Positions 1-12,895 of a DNA stretch of 64,000 nt are shown piece by piece (within the stretch, counting starts at the first letter, position 1; each line of letters begins with the position of its first letter). The DNA lies in the NCBI GenBank assembly GCA_030704615.1, contig CM060731.1:92752001-92816000 (forward strand), written 5' to 3'. The position numbers and the translations under genes were made by a program. The notes below the pieces were generated by a model, which was given only the letters and a program-made list of their open reading frames with translations, was not told where the DNA came from and made no database searches. The stretch is from Takakia lepidozioides. Lineage: Eukaryota > Plantae > Bryophyta.

Positions 1-59
1 TTAACGCATGTGTGCCAGGGTGTGGGCCCCGCTAACCGGAGCTTACAGTACAGCCCTCC

Positions 60-890
60 GGTGGCCTGCAAGAGCATTCATGTCAAATCCCCACCCCCTC
101 CACAAGCTGCCCGCCCTGCCACCCCGCCCAGCTTGGGCCGGACCCTGCCCCTCGTTCCCCTGTCTTGCTCCCTCACTCTCTGTTGCTCCTTTGTTTCACT
201 CCCTTGGGTCAATCCCCCGTGCTTCGCTCCCCTGCTGCTCCTCTCTCGCTCCCCCGCACGGTGTTCCTTTGTTTCGCTCCCCCCCTTCCTCAACTCCCCT
301 ATCTCGCTCCCCCGCACTCTGCTCCTTGGTTTCACTCCCCCGTTGTTACGCACCCCTTTCTCGCTACCCCGTGCTCTGCTATGTGGTTTCACTCCCCGTT
401 GCTATGCTCCCCTCTCTCGTTCCCCGTTCTCGTGCTCCCATGTTTTGCTCCCATGCGTTCTGCTCCCTTGTTCCACTCCCTAGCTTCTACGCTCCTCGGC
501 GCTCTGCTCCCCTATTTCGCACCCCCCTTTCTCTGTTGCTACGCTCTCCTCTATCGCTCCCTAGCACTCTACTCCCCCACTGCTCCACTCCCCTCTCTCC
601 CCCGCTCTCTGTTCCCCATTCCTCCGCTCCCCTCTTTCACTCCCCCATTCCTTTGCTCCCCTCCACTGTCTCGTTCCCTCCATTCTCTCACTTTCTCACC
701 GCACGACCAGAAAGCATTCCTTACAGGGACCACAAAGTTCACCTTATTCAGATATGAAAGGCCCCGTTACAATTTTCACAGTGGCACGACTTCCTAGCTG
801 AAATTCGCGTTGTCACTGATTTGAGTGATCTTCTTGTCTCCACTCGACCGCTCCTACGCTCCCTGTTTCACTCCCCCGTTCCTATGCTCC
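60..890. repeat. Pyrimidine-rich degenerate simple/tandem repeat
   Basis: Recurrent CTCCCC, TTTCACTCCCC and CTATGCTCCC units; the overlapping Pro/Leu/Ser-rich ORFs are compositional artefacts. Confidence 0.7.
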
Positions 891-894
891 CCTC

Positions 895-2889
895 TGTAAA
901 TATAGACATCTTCTTTGTAATGATCACATTTTGTATGTGCAAGGCGACAGATCAAAGAGCACAATTTGTGCACTTGGTTTGCAAGGTCAACATGATTGAC
1001 CTTACACCTGTCACTGAATGGAAGAATGTATTGAGGAAAGAGCAATACGACGAATGCATCAAGAAAGAAGGAAAGACTTGGTATAACCTTACAATCCATG
1101 CAATGACAAAGATTTTGTACAAGGTAATGCCCTGTCTTAACCAAGTTTCATTCTTTGCATACATAAACAAGATTCACATTTAATGATGATAGGAACAATT
1201 TTGGTTCTTTTTGCAGCATGATATTGTTGAGGCCCAACGCATGGCGGGGGGAAGTTACAAACTTGCTGAGGGGCCAAAGAGTCAAGAGGGCCTTGAAGAC
1301 AGGCTGGATTGAAAGCAAGTGAGCAACACAAGAGTCAGCTTGTGAAGTTGCTTCCTGTTGCTGATCCAACCCTTAGAGAGGGGTTTATCCAAGAGCTTAA
1401 ACTTCATTGGTCACGTGCAAAGGCAGAATCAGAGGAGATGACCCAAGAGAAGATGGTGAGTATTGCTACAGCCAAGGTGGATTTAGAAGAAAAGGTGGAA
1501 TGACTACATATATGGAATGGAGATCAAACACTTCACGACCGTGATTTTTTTCCACCCGGGCCTATTAGTGGGCCAACACTTGATCCTTGGTTGAATAGAA
1601 GGACTTTTTGGTGGCAGGTACATATAAAATTACTATCTTCTCAATGCAATTGTTTCACATTTGTTGATGACACATTATCTTTTAACACACTAATATAACT
1701 GACCGCATTTTGTGACAACTTCATAAGGTTGGAAAATGACTCATTTCAATGAGTTGTTTCATAGAGAATTCTCTTTGCCAAAGGGGTCATTCAGAGGCAA
1801 TGATTGGGAACAGCAAACTGGGGGGGGGGGGGGGGAAGATGATGAGACGGATTCTGTTCACGTACAACCTTTCCATTGAATTGTACATGGACTACTTTGT
1901 ACACACCTTGTAAGTTGTAAATGTCTCTGACTCATGTATTTTTGTAGTAGATTGGGATACAAATCTCTTAATGTGCTTGTTCAATTGTTGAACATTTTGC
2001 ATACATGTTTTTTCCTCAATGGTGGAGGCCTCATCTCCTGATGCGACCTTGAAGGAGCTCATAGAGTTTTTTAAGAATGTAAATTTCCTTCGACAAACAA
2101 ATGTGAATGTAAGTGATTCTTCATTATTTTACATCCTCATCATCTGACTATTGACTCATACATTTTATGGATATTGTTTGCAGTTGCCAGGGACTTGGTC
2201 TAGTGTTGTGGATGGAAAAAACGTACTTATGGCTGTGGACATGATCGTTGCGGACTGTCCAACATGAATGCATGTACAGGGTTGTTTAGATGGTGTGCAT
2301 GTTCCTCCCTGGAATGCTTTTGATAAACGTTATTGGGAGTATGCATTCTTCATTGCTAATGACCTGTTGGATGACAATGGATGCTTGGTGTTCTTGCAGG
2401 GCTCCAATGATTCATTTGCATTAGAGCTCTTTTCTTACTCAAGGGGCAACTCTATTTCGGTGCTATCGAGGAAATACACATGCATCAATACTCTCTACAC
2501 ACTCAGAAATGAAAGGTTTTAGTCATCCCTCTTCAACATCTCATTGTTTGTTGTTTCGTTTTCATACTCGACTCATACATATTAAACCATCTGGGTGGAC
2601 TATTTTTGTGGAAATGGCACATGTCTAACAGACCGTGTTCTTCCACGCACATGTCCTCACCAAGCAAGGAGGACTATTCAAACTGCGTGAGTCTGACAGA
2701 TTTGTGGATCCCCTTGCAGACCCTGTTGAGTTGGATGCCAACTACAACCACATTTCAGATACTGCTCTGCCCATGCAAACTCCTCAACAAGCTTGGAGGG
2801 ATGCATGAGACCGTAGTCCGACATTCATGCAAGTGTTGTTGGAGACATGTTTAGCTTCTGGCTCCCGCATTTTGGATCTCACAGCTGCC
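895..2889 (+). pseudogene. Decayed partial paralog of the ParB-N4/N6 methyltransferase gene (exons 3-8)
   Basis: Collinear with the reverse complement of ~25750-23000, introns included (FVHLVCKVNMI, KSQLVKLLPVADP, DMIVADCPT*, VPPWNAFDKRYWEY, RILDLTA). Has stops and frameshifts and lacks most of exon 6. Confidence 0.9.
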
Positions 2890-4183
2890 ATATCCTAGCG
2901 CTCCGATATAGGAGAGCCAGCAGTTGTGTTCGTTTCTAGTGTAATGAACGAGAGCCGCGATCCTTGTCCTTGTCCTCCGGTGGCTATACTATGAAACCAC
3001 AATGCGGCTTGTTGGGGGCAAGCTCTTAGTACTGATCACTCATTCCAAGTTACAAGAATCTACCAAACAGATAGCCAATAACGACAACACGACGACGCGA
3101 CTCGACTGCACAAGTATTTCCCGAAGATCTCCCTTCGTATCTCTTTTACTACGGCGACTCCAATCTTGAGTGCCTGAATGCTTCGTTCTACCCATACATG
3201 CAATGGGGCTCAGCCCGAGTGTCTCCTACTAGACTGGCATCTCTCTGTTGTATGTTGCCACAGCCTAACTACCCTCTATTCTCACTGCTGGCTCCCCTAT
3301 CCCCCTCTTACTCTGGTACCTCCTCTCCTCCTTAGCTGTTGCGTCCTCCATTCACGTCTACACAACAATGCTCTCCCTCCCAAAATTGCAGCAACTCTCC
3401 TCCACACACACTCTCTTTTTCTCTCCCCTGTGCGCTACTCTATCTGAATTCTTGGATAATGCTCCCATGTTCCCCCTTGCTGTTGTTGTCTACCCCCCTT
3501 CCCAGCATCGCATCCTCCGCCATCATTCCCTCATGATTGTCCGGAGATTCCTTCTCGCGAGCTCCTTGTATGATGACGGCAGCGTGAAGTCCTTCCCCAA
3601 GAAGGTACTTTGTCCTTGCAGCAGTCCGGCCCTCGTTGTCTCTCCTCCCTCTGTAGCACCTGGGTTCTTCGTCATTTCGTGCGCACTCGTAGCTCTGGAG
3701 TAGTTCGTCGCTGCTCACCCCTCCGCAACCAACAAACACATATTCACCACGTAAACTTCATATCCTAGAACGTTGTGATCATATTTTTCTGGGGATGGTA
3801 CTGTTCTTCCCCCTTCTTTATATCTCCATGTGGCCCTCTTTCCAACAGATATGCCTAGTTGTGTCCTTGTGTAGCCAACAGGTTCTAGGACCATTGAAAA
3901 ACCTACAAGTGTGTAGCAATTCAAAAGGATGTCCAGAGCAGTCCTGGTAAGCATCTGAGGAAATTCCGATGGCAAACTACCACCTCAAACATGACTTGCA
4001 ACCAAGTATCTATTCCGATGGGTGTGGTGGGTATTAGCACCAACTCTCCAAAGCTAATCTCAAGTATCATTGCCTATGTCGTTTCACAGTTGCAGATCAA
4101 AAGTAACATGTGGAAATAGATAGTTTAATTTCTACCCATGATGAGTACAAAATAACTTGAGTCTGTCAAGAAAATGGTCACAA

Positions 4184-4252
4184 CATGCTGAAGATTGTAT
4201 GACTTCTACTAGTGCTAAGTAAATTGAAGTTGTTCAAACCCACATGCCGGTG
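4184..4252 (-). pseudogene. Isolated kinesin motor exon relic (kinesin-7-like switch I region)
   Basis: Manual translation HRHVGLNNFNLLSTSRSHTIFSM resembles plant kinesin-7 HRHVGSNNFNLLSSRSHTIF; flanking exons not recognised. Confidence 0.7.
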
Positions 4253-4713
4253 TCTTTGCAATCCATTAGTTGGATCAATCACCTTTTGAGCTCAAGATAC
4301 AGAGTCTCTTGTTACGTGTAGAAGCTGGTTATAATATTTGACCTCTTGCATCAACAAATTATCTTCAAATGTCCAACTCTAAACAGCCTATTCAAGTGAG
4401 CCGTATTAAAATATTTCAGAGATAAGGTAAGTAAGTAGAGAATCCACAAGCCTAAAGCAAAAGAAGTAAGAAGGAATCGGGAACATGCTGAATCTGTGCC
4501 CGCAACTTGTTCCTATGGATCAACGCAAGCACCAAAAAGATGAAATCCCTTATGCGCGATGAAACTTATACGCTTTGACACTCCCTCTGAATAACTATGG
4601 AAGTTTTCTAATCGGTGGGGAGATTTTCCCGCTGTAGCCACTGCATAATTCTAGCGACCACCGAAGGTCGGAAGCTAGTTTAGCGTAGAACAGGAATAGG
4701 GTGCCATAGTGCC

Positions 4714-4795
4714 TTGTCATCGTTACCACATCATCGTCACCACGTCATTGTCACCATGTCATCGTCACCACATCATCGTCGCCACGTTTCGTCGT
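4714..4795. repeat. 14-bp tandem repeat (GTCATCGTCACCAC, ~5-6 copies)
   Basis: Directly visible tandem units. Confidence 0.85.
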
Positions 4796-4904
4796 AAAAT
4801 TGTTTGGGACCTACCCGGCGGACTGCCTGGAATATTTTCTTGGTCTTAGCAAGCTGTTGGGACGTGCCCGGACTGTCCGAAATGTTTTCTTGGTCTTAGG
4901 GTTA

Positions 4905-5000
4905 CTTTCCATGTGACACTGCAATAGGACGAATCCCACCTGTGTTCTTGGACATGGCCAAGAGCCGTGCTGCTCCAAGCAAACGTGCTACTGGGGTTCT
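4905..5000 (-). mobile_element. Non-LTR retrotransposon RT fragment (CRE/RLE-type)
   Basis: ARLLAMSKNTGGIRPIAV matches the RLxAxxKxxGGxRPIAV motif at the start of the RT in CRE-like elements; short and truncated. Confidence 0.55.
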
Positions 5001-6651
5001 GCTGGTGTCACACGAAGGGAGAATGGGTCCAGGCACCCAGTTCCATGCACTTCCATGGATGTCGAGGCCCATGCAGGGCCTGGCCGGGTCCCGTGCAACG
5101 GAGCCCTCACTTTTGGTGAGGCATTGGGGCACACGGGTCCATGGTTGACCTACACTAGCCAGTATTTTTCCTCCCATGACCTGCTAAGTAGGTCACCTTC
5201 CTTGACACATTTCTTTTTTGGTCACACACGTGCAAAAGTGTCGGTGGAAACCACCGGACAGGTCCCGTTCCACGGTGGTGCATGGAAAGGGGTGTGAGTG
5301 GATGTGACCCGTGGTCAATGGATATGACCTGTGGTTAAACCCATTTTTGGATGACGTCATGTAACGGGAACGGGCTTGCATGCGCGATACAGGGCCTGCT
5401 CCTTGGGCATATCGGTGACTTTGTCAAATCGAATCAGGATGTGGGGAGGCGAGAGCGGGAGGCCCGACACAGAGTCGACTTGGGTTCCCTTGGGCAGTTG
5501 TGTGAGCGAATACACTTGGCCTTCGCGCCCATCAGGGCATGCTGCTGGGAAGAGTAGTTGAGGGACATGCGGGTAAGATTTCAAGCAGTGCCGCCGCTTC
5601 GTAAATTTCCGAGGCACAGAGGCCTAGTCGTTGGAGCTCGAAGGATGATCGCTCCTCTGTGATGTACGGGAGACCGGAATCTACCGCGTATTGTTCATGT
5701 GCCGAGTATCCCAGCCATAGCAGCGGCAAGTCCTCTGTGCTTGAGGTGTCTCCCTGTTGGAAGAGGATTTGTGCCATGTGTCCGCGAGACTTTTTGGGGT
5801 CGGAGTGACTGCTCCCAACATCGCTATTGAACTCACTTGAGGTTCTTTTAGTGTACAGATTGATTGCCAGCAGCTCCGCTGGAGCTGTGTTTGTTGTGGG
5901 TTGTGTCGTGTGAAGGCCATACCACAGCTGAATGCCACATGAAGGAGAAACATTGTACTATCTGTAAAATGGATAACCATTCTACTGAGAATTGTTATTA
6001 CAATAGAAGGACAGCTACAAGAGAACCTAGGCAAGTGAGGGTGCATCAAGTGCAACCCCAGCCAAGGAGAAACAATGACCAGGACCACTATGGTAGGCCT
6101 GGTGGGTATAACAATGGTATGGCAGGAAGAGGTAAACAAGAGGGAATTACCAAGGCAATCGCAGAGGCAACTATCAGGGTAATCCAAGGGGGAATTACCA
6201 GCCAAGGAATCAAGATTATAGAAATAATCCCAGAATAGACCAAGGGCGAGGACCCAATGGTGAAGAACTGTGTATACACTAGCTCTACTTCTTACAGAGT
6301 GGCGCAAGGAAGGACAGGTCGAAAGTACTTTCTCTCTCACTCACTATTTGCAAGCCCCGCAAGCTTACACCCACTTGCCTGTTTCATTCTGTGCTAATCA
6401 CACTTTCATGCTATACGCATTACAAGCTTTCCTATAGCTATTCCAAACAAGGCCTTCTTGTTTGTCCGGGATGAAGCGAATTAGAGAGATGGAGGATCTC
6501 CAAGTGAAGAGCACGACGATTTTACAGAGGCAAACAATCGCCACACCACAGGTGGTGCAGCTGCTGAAGGAATTGCGGTTGGAGGGATTGTTGCGCAAAG
6601 AGTGGTCTTTGCATCATCGGGATTTGATGATCTAGTTCATCAAGAACTTTG

Positions 6652-7379
6652 TGTCGCACACCTCACTTCGGTAAGCTCCCCCCTCAAGTCATAGTTACTT
6701 GCTTTGATGCGCGCGCCTGACTCCCAACCTGGCCGCCGGGCCAACTTGGAGCTTCGGTTGCTCACCGGGGCATAACGGTCCCCCTTTGTTCTCCCAAAGA
6801 ACCCTCCACCGATTTGGAACCAGCGGGAATTCCCTTTGGTAGTTGGCAGTCCGGAACAGCTCCCCACTCTTTGGTCGCTTTCCGGCTCGCTCGCTTACTC
6901 ACTAGTTTTTGGTCACCAACGGGCTTGCACCGTTCTCAGGGTTACTACTCCCTATATATACTTCTGTAGCTGTCCGCGGGGTTTCACAACCAGCCATGCC
7001 ATTTTATGGCGAACCACCACGAAAACCCTCGACTCCCGGTGATGAGTCGCGGTGAGTCTTGGCCCTCTCACCACGGCCCCTATGGACCGTGATGAATCCC
7101 AAGACTCCCCACGACTCCCACCACGAGGTCTCCGCCCCTATGGTGAGTCCTATGCCACCCCCACTAAGTCCCGCTAAGCTACCACCACCCCTTGTGGAGC
7201 CACCCCCACCGCAACCCGGTGTGCGGGGCTCCACCTAGTGAGCGCCTCCGCCTCCTTGAGTGCCTTGGGCACTCAAGGGTGCTTCAGCTCCCCATACCTA
7301 TCGCTGCCGCTGCCCCCACCACAGGGGCAGCCCCTCATGTGTCCCGACCCCCTGCCCTCAAGGCAAAAGGGCCGCGACA
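6652..7379 (-). repeat. 3' LTR of the chromovirus
   Basis: 728 bp; about 8 substitutions and 1 indel versus 12896-13624 by eye. Confidence 0.96.
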
Positions 7380-8283
7380 CACACCCCTACCAACAGGGAG
7401 TCGATGTCCTCATCGACTTGTCCATTTTGTAGAAACAAACATCCAAGTTGTGGCGTCCCACATCAAGGAGTTTGTTTCCGTACCATGGCGTCCCATGGCA
7501 AAGAACCAAACCCCACACTTGACTCTACTCTCCACTAGCTAGTTCGGCCACTTCCTCCAAGTCCCGGCCAGGGTGGAGCCTCTCAAGCTCCTCCCAATGC
7601 ACTCTTCTTGGCCTTCTTCGAGGTCAAGGAACGATCCTCCCCGAGGATCGAATCGCCTTACTGCAACAACATTGCTTGCGATCGCTCCTGATGCCGCTTT
7701 TGGCATCACTTTGCGCAAGGGTTCACCTCGAACCCCCTTTGACTAGGAAGATAACCTTGAACCAACCGTGCGCCCCAATCACTACAATTGGGTCCGTCTT
7801 GGAATGCTGGCCTGAGGTACGGGAACACGTCGAAGCCGCACTACGACTTCGTCCCGAGGCTACACGATTATAGTACATGAACGGAAGCACATAGCTTCCG
7901 CATTAGCCCGCACTACAAGGCAACCACCTCGGTAGCGCAGTTATAGTACGCGCACGCGCCAGGTGCGCACTAGCACGTGAACTCCCAAAGAAGGCGCATG
8001 TTTCCTTGCCCCTTGGATGGGAGTCACCCGATTTCGGCACTGCGCAAACACACGATTAACCCAATTTACCTCTCCCACTTTTGTAAGCTAGCATGCATTC
8101 TACACACTAGCCAAACACACCATGCATCACCATTCCAAACAAAATAGGACACACAACATTTGGAACCCATTTCCTTTATAACAAATTTTTGTACAATACA
8201 AGTTTTTGCAATCGGATTCCTGAGCTAGCTAAGCCGGGCTAAGCATGCATTTCCTCCCCCACGCTCCAAGGTTGATGTCCCCA

Positions 8284-11200
8284 TCAACGCTTCTTCCGCT
8301 TTTGAGGTCGCCCTTCGAAAATTGCAACCGCCTCGGATGCGTTTCCCATTTCTGAGGCACGCACCCAAGATGCCTCCACATGATGATAGCCCTTCCATTT
8401 GACGAGATACTCCGTTTCTCGGTTCTTGAATCCTCCTCGACTTAAGTACTGCCTCCACCTCGTACTCAGGTTCATTTTCATGATCCAACAACACAGGTGG
8501 CGGACGCAACACTTGATGCCGATTCGGACGCGCTTCATCTTTGAAGTAAGGCTTCAAAAGGGAGACGTGAAATACTGGATGCACCTTGCTGTTTGCCGGC
8601 AGCTCCAATTCATACACATCCTCATTCATAACCTTCCGGATGCGAAAGGGTCCCACATACGGAGGTACGAACTTTGAACTCACTTCCGGAGGTAGTCGGA
8701 AATTCTTGATGTTCAACCAGACCTCCGTGCCTGCCTCAAACTTCACTTCCCTCCGCTTCCGATTCGCCTGCCTTTCATACCGTTTCCTAGCTTTGGCAAT
8801 GTTGTACTTTGCGAGCTTCAACAAACGCTCGCGTTCTTCTAGTACCGCCGCTACTGCCGGTTCCTCAACGTCCTGGGCGGCCCAACTTGTCGGCACCAGA
8901 GGTGCTTTTCCATAGACCAATACAAAAGGGGAAACTCTCGTTGCGGAGTGTTCTGTGTTATTATAACAGAACTTTGCCGCGTCTAAGTGTTCCACCCAGT
9001 CTGTTTGGTCTGCCGACACGTAATTCCGCAAGATCTGCTTCACTACGGAATTCACTCTTTCTGTTTGGCCGTCGGTCGTAGGTCGGAAGGCGGTGCTCAT
9101 CTTCAGCCTCGTCCCCATCTTCTTCCAAAGTGCCCTCCAAAATTTACTCGTAAACTTTGGATCGCGGTCCGAGACAATATCCTTTGGGACTCCATGATGC
9201 TTTGAGACGTGGGCGAAGTAAAGTCGCCCTGTTTCCTGCGCCATTGCCGTCTCCATGGTGGGGATGAAATGACCCATTTTACTGAACCTATCCACCACCA
9301 CCATGATTGCATCGAATCCTTTTGACAGCGGCATAGCAGTCATGAAATCCATCGAGACGCTTTCCCAAGTCCCCTCTGGAATCGGCAAGGGTTGTAACAG
9401 CTCCGCTTGCTTTTTGTACTCGCTCCGGTTTTGTTGGCATGTGGTGCATGTCTTAACATACTCCTCCGCCTCCTCCCTCAGTTTGGGCCAGAAATACTCT
9501 TTCTTCAAGAGTGCCGCAGTGCGCTTGGCTCCGCCGTGGCCCGCAAGCGGGCTATCATGGCATTCTCTCAAGAGGCTATCTCTGATCCCTCCCTTTGGCA
9601 CGTAGAGACGCTTTTGCTTATACCGGAGCAGTCCATTTTGCAAGTGGAACTGCGATTTAACCCCCATCCTTAAATCCTGCATCACGGACTTCGCCAGCTC
9701 ATCCTTCCAGCAAGCCTTCCGGATCTTCCTTTGGAGCGCCGTCTTGCCCTTGTACACCAACAAGAGCTGCTGCTTTCTACTTAAAGCATCGGCTACGACG
9801 TTGTCTCGTCCCGGTTTGTACTGGATATCCACGTCGAACACTGCCAAAGTATCTTGCCACCTAAGTTGTTTTGGGGACAACTTGGGCTGCGTGGCAAAAT
9901 ACTTCACCGTGACATTGTCCGTGAACACCTTCACTGGGTTGGAACCAACATTGTGGCGCCAAAGCTCAAGACAGTGCACCACCGCCTTCATCTCTTTCTC
10001 GTGCGTCGGCCACCGTCGCTCCACTTCATTCAGTTTCTTACTTTCGTAAGCCACTAGACGTCCATCTTGCATCAGTACACCCCCAATCGCAAAGTCCGAC
10101 GCATCTGTATGTATCTCGAACGGACGATCGGACTCCGGGATTTTCAAGACTGGAGCTTCCGCCATCCGCTGCTTCAATTCAGCAAAAGCTTGGCCACACA
10201 AGGTGTTCCATACCCAGACTTTGGATTTACACAGAAGGTCTGACAACGGCCCCGCGATCTTGGCGAAATTTCTCACATACTTCCGGTAATAGGAGGCGAG
10301 TCCTAGGAAGGATCGCACTCCCGGGACCGAAGTCGGAGGCTCCCAGTCCAAGATCGCCCTCACCTTTCTATCATCCATTTTGATCCCATCTTGTGTAATC
10401 ACATGCCCCAAGAACTCCACTTTTGTGACCCCGAATTCGCACTTTGAAGCTTTGGCATACAGCTTCTCTTCTCGCAATTTTTGGAACACCCTTTTTAGGT
10501 GCTCCAGGTGCTCCTCCTTTGTTTTCGAGTACACCAAGATGTCGTCGATGTACACGATCACAAAGTCATCCAACCACTCCTGAAAAAGGCTGTTCATCAG
10601 CGTGCTAAATGTCGCTGGTGCATTGGTGAGCCCAAAAGGCATCACCAAGAACTCATATGAACCATACCTTGTCCTGCACGCGGTCTTCTCCTCATCTCCT
10701 TCCGCCACCCGAATTTGATGATAGCCGGAGCGCAAGTCGATCCGGCTGAAATACTTTGCTCCTGCCAACCGGTCGAAAAGGTCGTCGATCCTTGGCAAAG
10801 GATACCGGTTTTTAATAGTCACCTTATTCAAAGCCCTGTAATCGACACACATCCGCAGCGTCCCATCCTTCTTGTCTGCGAATAGCACCGGGGCTCCGTA
10901 AGGTGACTTACTCGGCCGGATGTACCCCTTTGACATTAGATCTTTGAACTGAGTCTTCAGCTCGACCAACTCTCTGTGGCTCAACCGGTAGGGCGCCTTG
11001 GCAGGCGGTTCCGATCCCGGTATCACCTCAATCTTGTGGTCAACTCCTCTTCGCGGTGGCAAGCCGCTTGGTAAATCCTCCGGCATCACATCCTGGTATC
11101 TCTCCAAAATCCCCTTGATCCAATCTGGGCTCGGCTCCCCATCGCCTTCTCCCTTCACTTCTCTAATGTAAAGCAAAAATTGGGGCTCGTGTGCCTCCTC

Positions 11201-11539
11201 CACTGCCCACTCCCTTGCTGACAGAAGGTTTATTCGCCCTCCCACGGATTTGGGCGTTTCCGATACTCGTAAGACCTCGCCACCATTCCCACATGGCAAC
11301 GTGACTACTCTCTTGCGGCCATCTATGACCGCTCCGGATTTGCTCAAAAAGGTCATCCCCAAAATGAGATCCACTCCATCGATCTCGCAGATGGTGAAGT
11401 TCTCACGTCCCTCCCAACTCCCCAGTTGAAGAGGAACATCAAACGCCAACCTTGTCGCCAACTGTGGTTCTCCTTTGGCAGAACGCACCTCAATAGAGGC
11501 CCCCACGTCACTTGTTGGGAGTCCCAACTTTCGCGCCAC
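8284..11539 (-). CDS. pol: Pol (protease C-part, RT, RNase H, integrase, chromodomain), with frameshifts
   Basis: RT YIDD; RNase [11 protein letters not shown]; integrase H-H-C-C zinc finger and GPF motif; chromodomain EYEVEAVL...EYLVKWKGY split across two frames near 8430. Confidence 0.95.
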
Positions 11540-12840
11540 CGCCGGCGAAAGTGCGACGCTCCTGTGTCCACCAACAACGACACGTTAGTTCCGGATATTA
11601 TCCCATCCATGAACAATAACTGACTCCCTTTACGCAGGGCGCCAGTTTCCTCATACAACTCAAAAGAATAGTTGCCTACCTTGCAAGTCCTGGCGACCAC
11701 CGCTTCCACCAAGCGACTGATGGTATCTTCCGACAGCTCCGTGGTTGCCTGAGTCATGTTCAATTGTCGAGGTTTCGTGCACTTCTTGGCCATGTGCCCG
11801 GGTTCCCCGCAATTGAAACACACTCCATCAAAGGTCGCCTTCTGTCCGCCATAAGCCGCTCCACCCGCTTTTCCTTTCGAAGCACCGGGTGCCGCCTTGA
11901 CGTGTGAAGGCCCTCCCTTCGATTTCCACGTGCCATTGTCGCCGCGTGGCCTATCCCACTTCTTTTCCGGTCGGAAGGAGTCACCTTCCCGCCGGGTCTT
12001 CTTGTGGTTCAGCTCCGTACGGCCTTGTCTCTCACCCCTAGGGACATCCGAGAAACATTCAGCCCTCTCAATTGCCTCGTTCAAAGTCTTGGGTGGCTTC
12101 TCCTCCAACTTCCGCCTGGCCCATGGGGCCAGTCCCGCCACAAAGTTGAAGACCATTTCTGGTTCTGCCATGTCCGCGACTTCGAGCAACAGCACATTGA
12201 AAGCCTGGACATACCCCCGAATGTCATCCGTTTGCTTCAAATTCCTCATCTTGTCCCAGGCAAGCCAGGACGTGTTGAGGGGCACAAACTGTCTCTTCAT
12301 CAATTCCTTGAACCCACTCCAGTTCAAGCTTTCCGGGCTTGGACCTCGGTCGTGAAGGCGTTTCTGCCACCATTGTTGAGCATAGCCCCTCAAGTAGGTG
12401 GGAGCCACTCCCACCCGATCCTCGTCACTCAACTTGGCCGCCCGGAAGTACTGCTCTAGCTCCAGGAGCCAGGTGTTGAGTGCCTTCCGATTTCGGACGC
12501 CCTCGAAGGTGCCGGGTTCCTTAGGCTTCACCTTAAACTTTGCCTTAGTGGAAGTGGCATTAGCCGCCTTCAACACGTCTTTCAACATCCCTCCAAACTG
12601 CGCCAACAACCCTTCCCAAAAGGCTGCCGGCATGGGAGGCATCTCTTGGTTTGTCGGAGCTCTCAAGGATTCCTCGGGCTCCGACTCCTCGGATTCCTCC
12701 CGCTCTTGAGCGGCCTCGTTTTCGGAAACATGCATCGCTTCCTCAAACGGCCGCCCCGGTGACACGTCGCCCCCATCGGGCTCACCAGGATCATCATCTT
12801 TTGGGCCGTTCCGCTTTCGCTTTGGCTTGCCCAACCCCAT
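11353..12840 (-). CDS. gag: Gag and protease N-part of the chromovirus
   Basis: Retrotransposon gag core, [14 protein letters not shown] knuckle, LVDTGAS protease site. The frame breaks just after DTGASH (~11545). Confidence 0.93.
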   Translation of the reverse strand: MGLGKPKRKRNGPKDDDPGEPDGGDVSPGRPFEEAMHVSENEAAQEREESEESEPEESLRAPTNQEMPPMPAAFWEGLLAQFGGMLKDVLKAANATSTKAKFKVKPKEPGTFEGVRNRKALNTWLLELEQYFRAAKLSDEDRVGVAPTYLRGYAQQWWQKRLHDRGPSPESLNWSGFKELMKRQFVPLNTSWLAWDKMRNLKQTDDIRGYVQAFNVLLLEVADMAEPEMVFNFVAGLAPWARRKLEEKPPKTLNEAIERAECFSDVPRGERQGRTELNHKKTRREGDSFRPEKKWDRPRGDNGTWKSKGGPSHVKAAPGASKGKAGGAAYGGQKATFDGVCFNCGEPGHMAKKCTKPRQLNMTQATTELSEDTISRLVEAVVARTCKVGNYSFELYEETGALRKGSQLLFMDGIISGTNVSLLVDTGASHFRRRWRESWDSQQVTWGPLLRCVLPKENHSWRQGWRLMFLFNWGVGRDVRTSPSARSMEWISFWG

Positions 12841-12880
12841 GATGAGGCCAATCCCAAGGACGATCACGTATTGAACTCTA

Positions 12881-12893
12881 AGCTCTGATACCA
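12881..12893 (-). promoter_or_regulatory. Primer-binding site (tRNA-iMet)
   Basis: TGGTATCAGAGCT on the minus strand, 2 nt from the 5' LTR. Confidence 0.93.
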
Positions 12894-12895
12894 AG

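Noticed and set aside
8-797. Long ORFs of 157-249 aa at the window start
   Set aside because: They arise from stop-poor C/T-rich repeats in several frames and have no domain motifs.
8399-12857. Numerous plus-strand ORFs within the chromovirus (and likewise at 36694-46170)
   Set aside because: Antisense shadows of gag, pol and ORF3.
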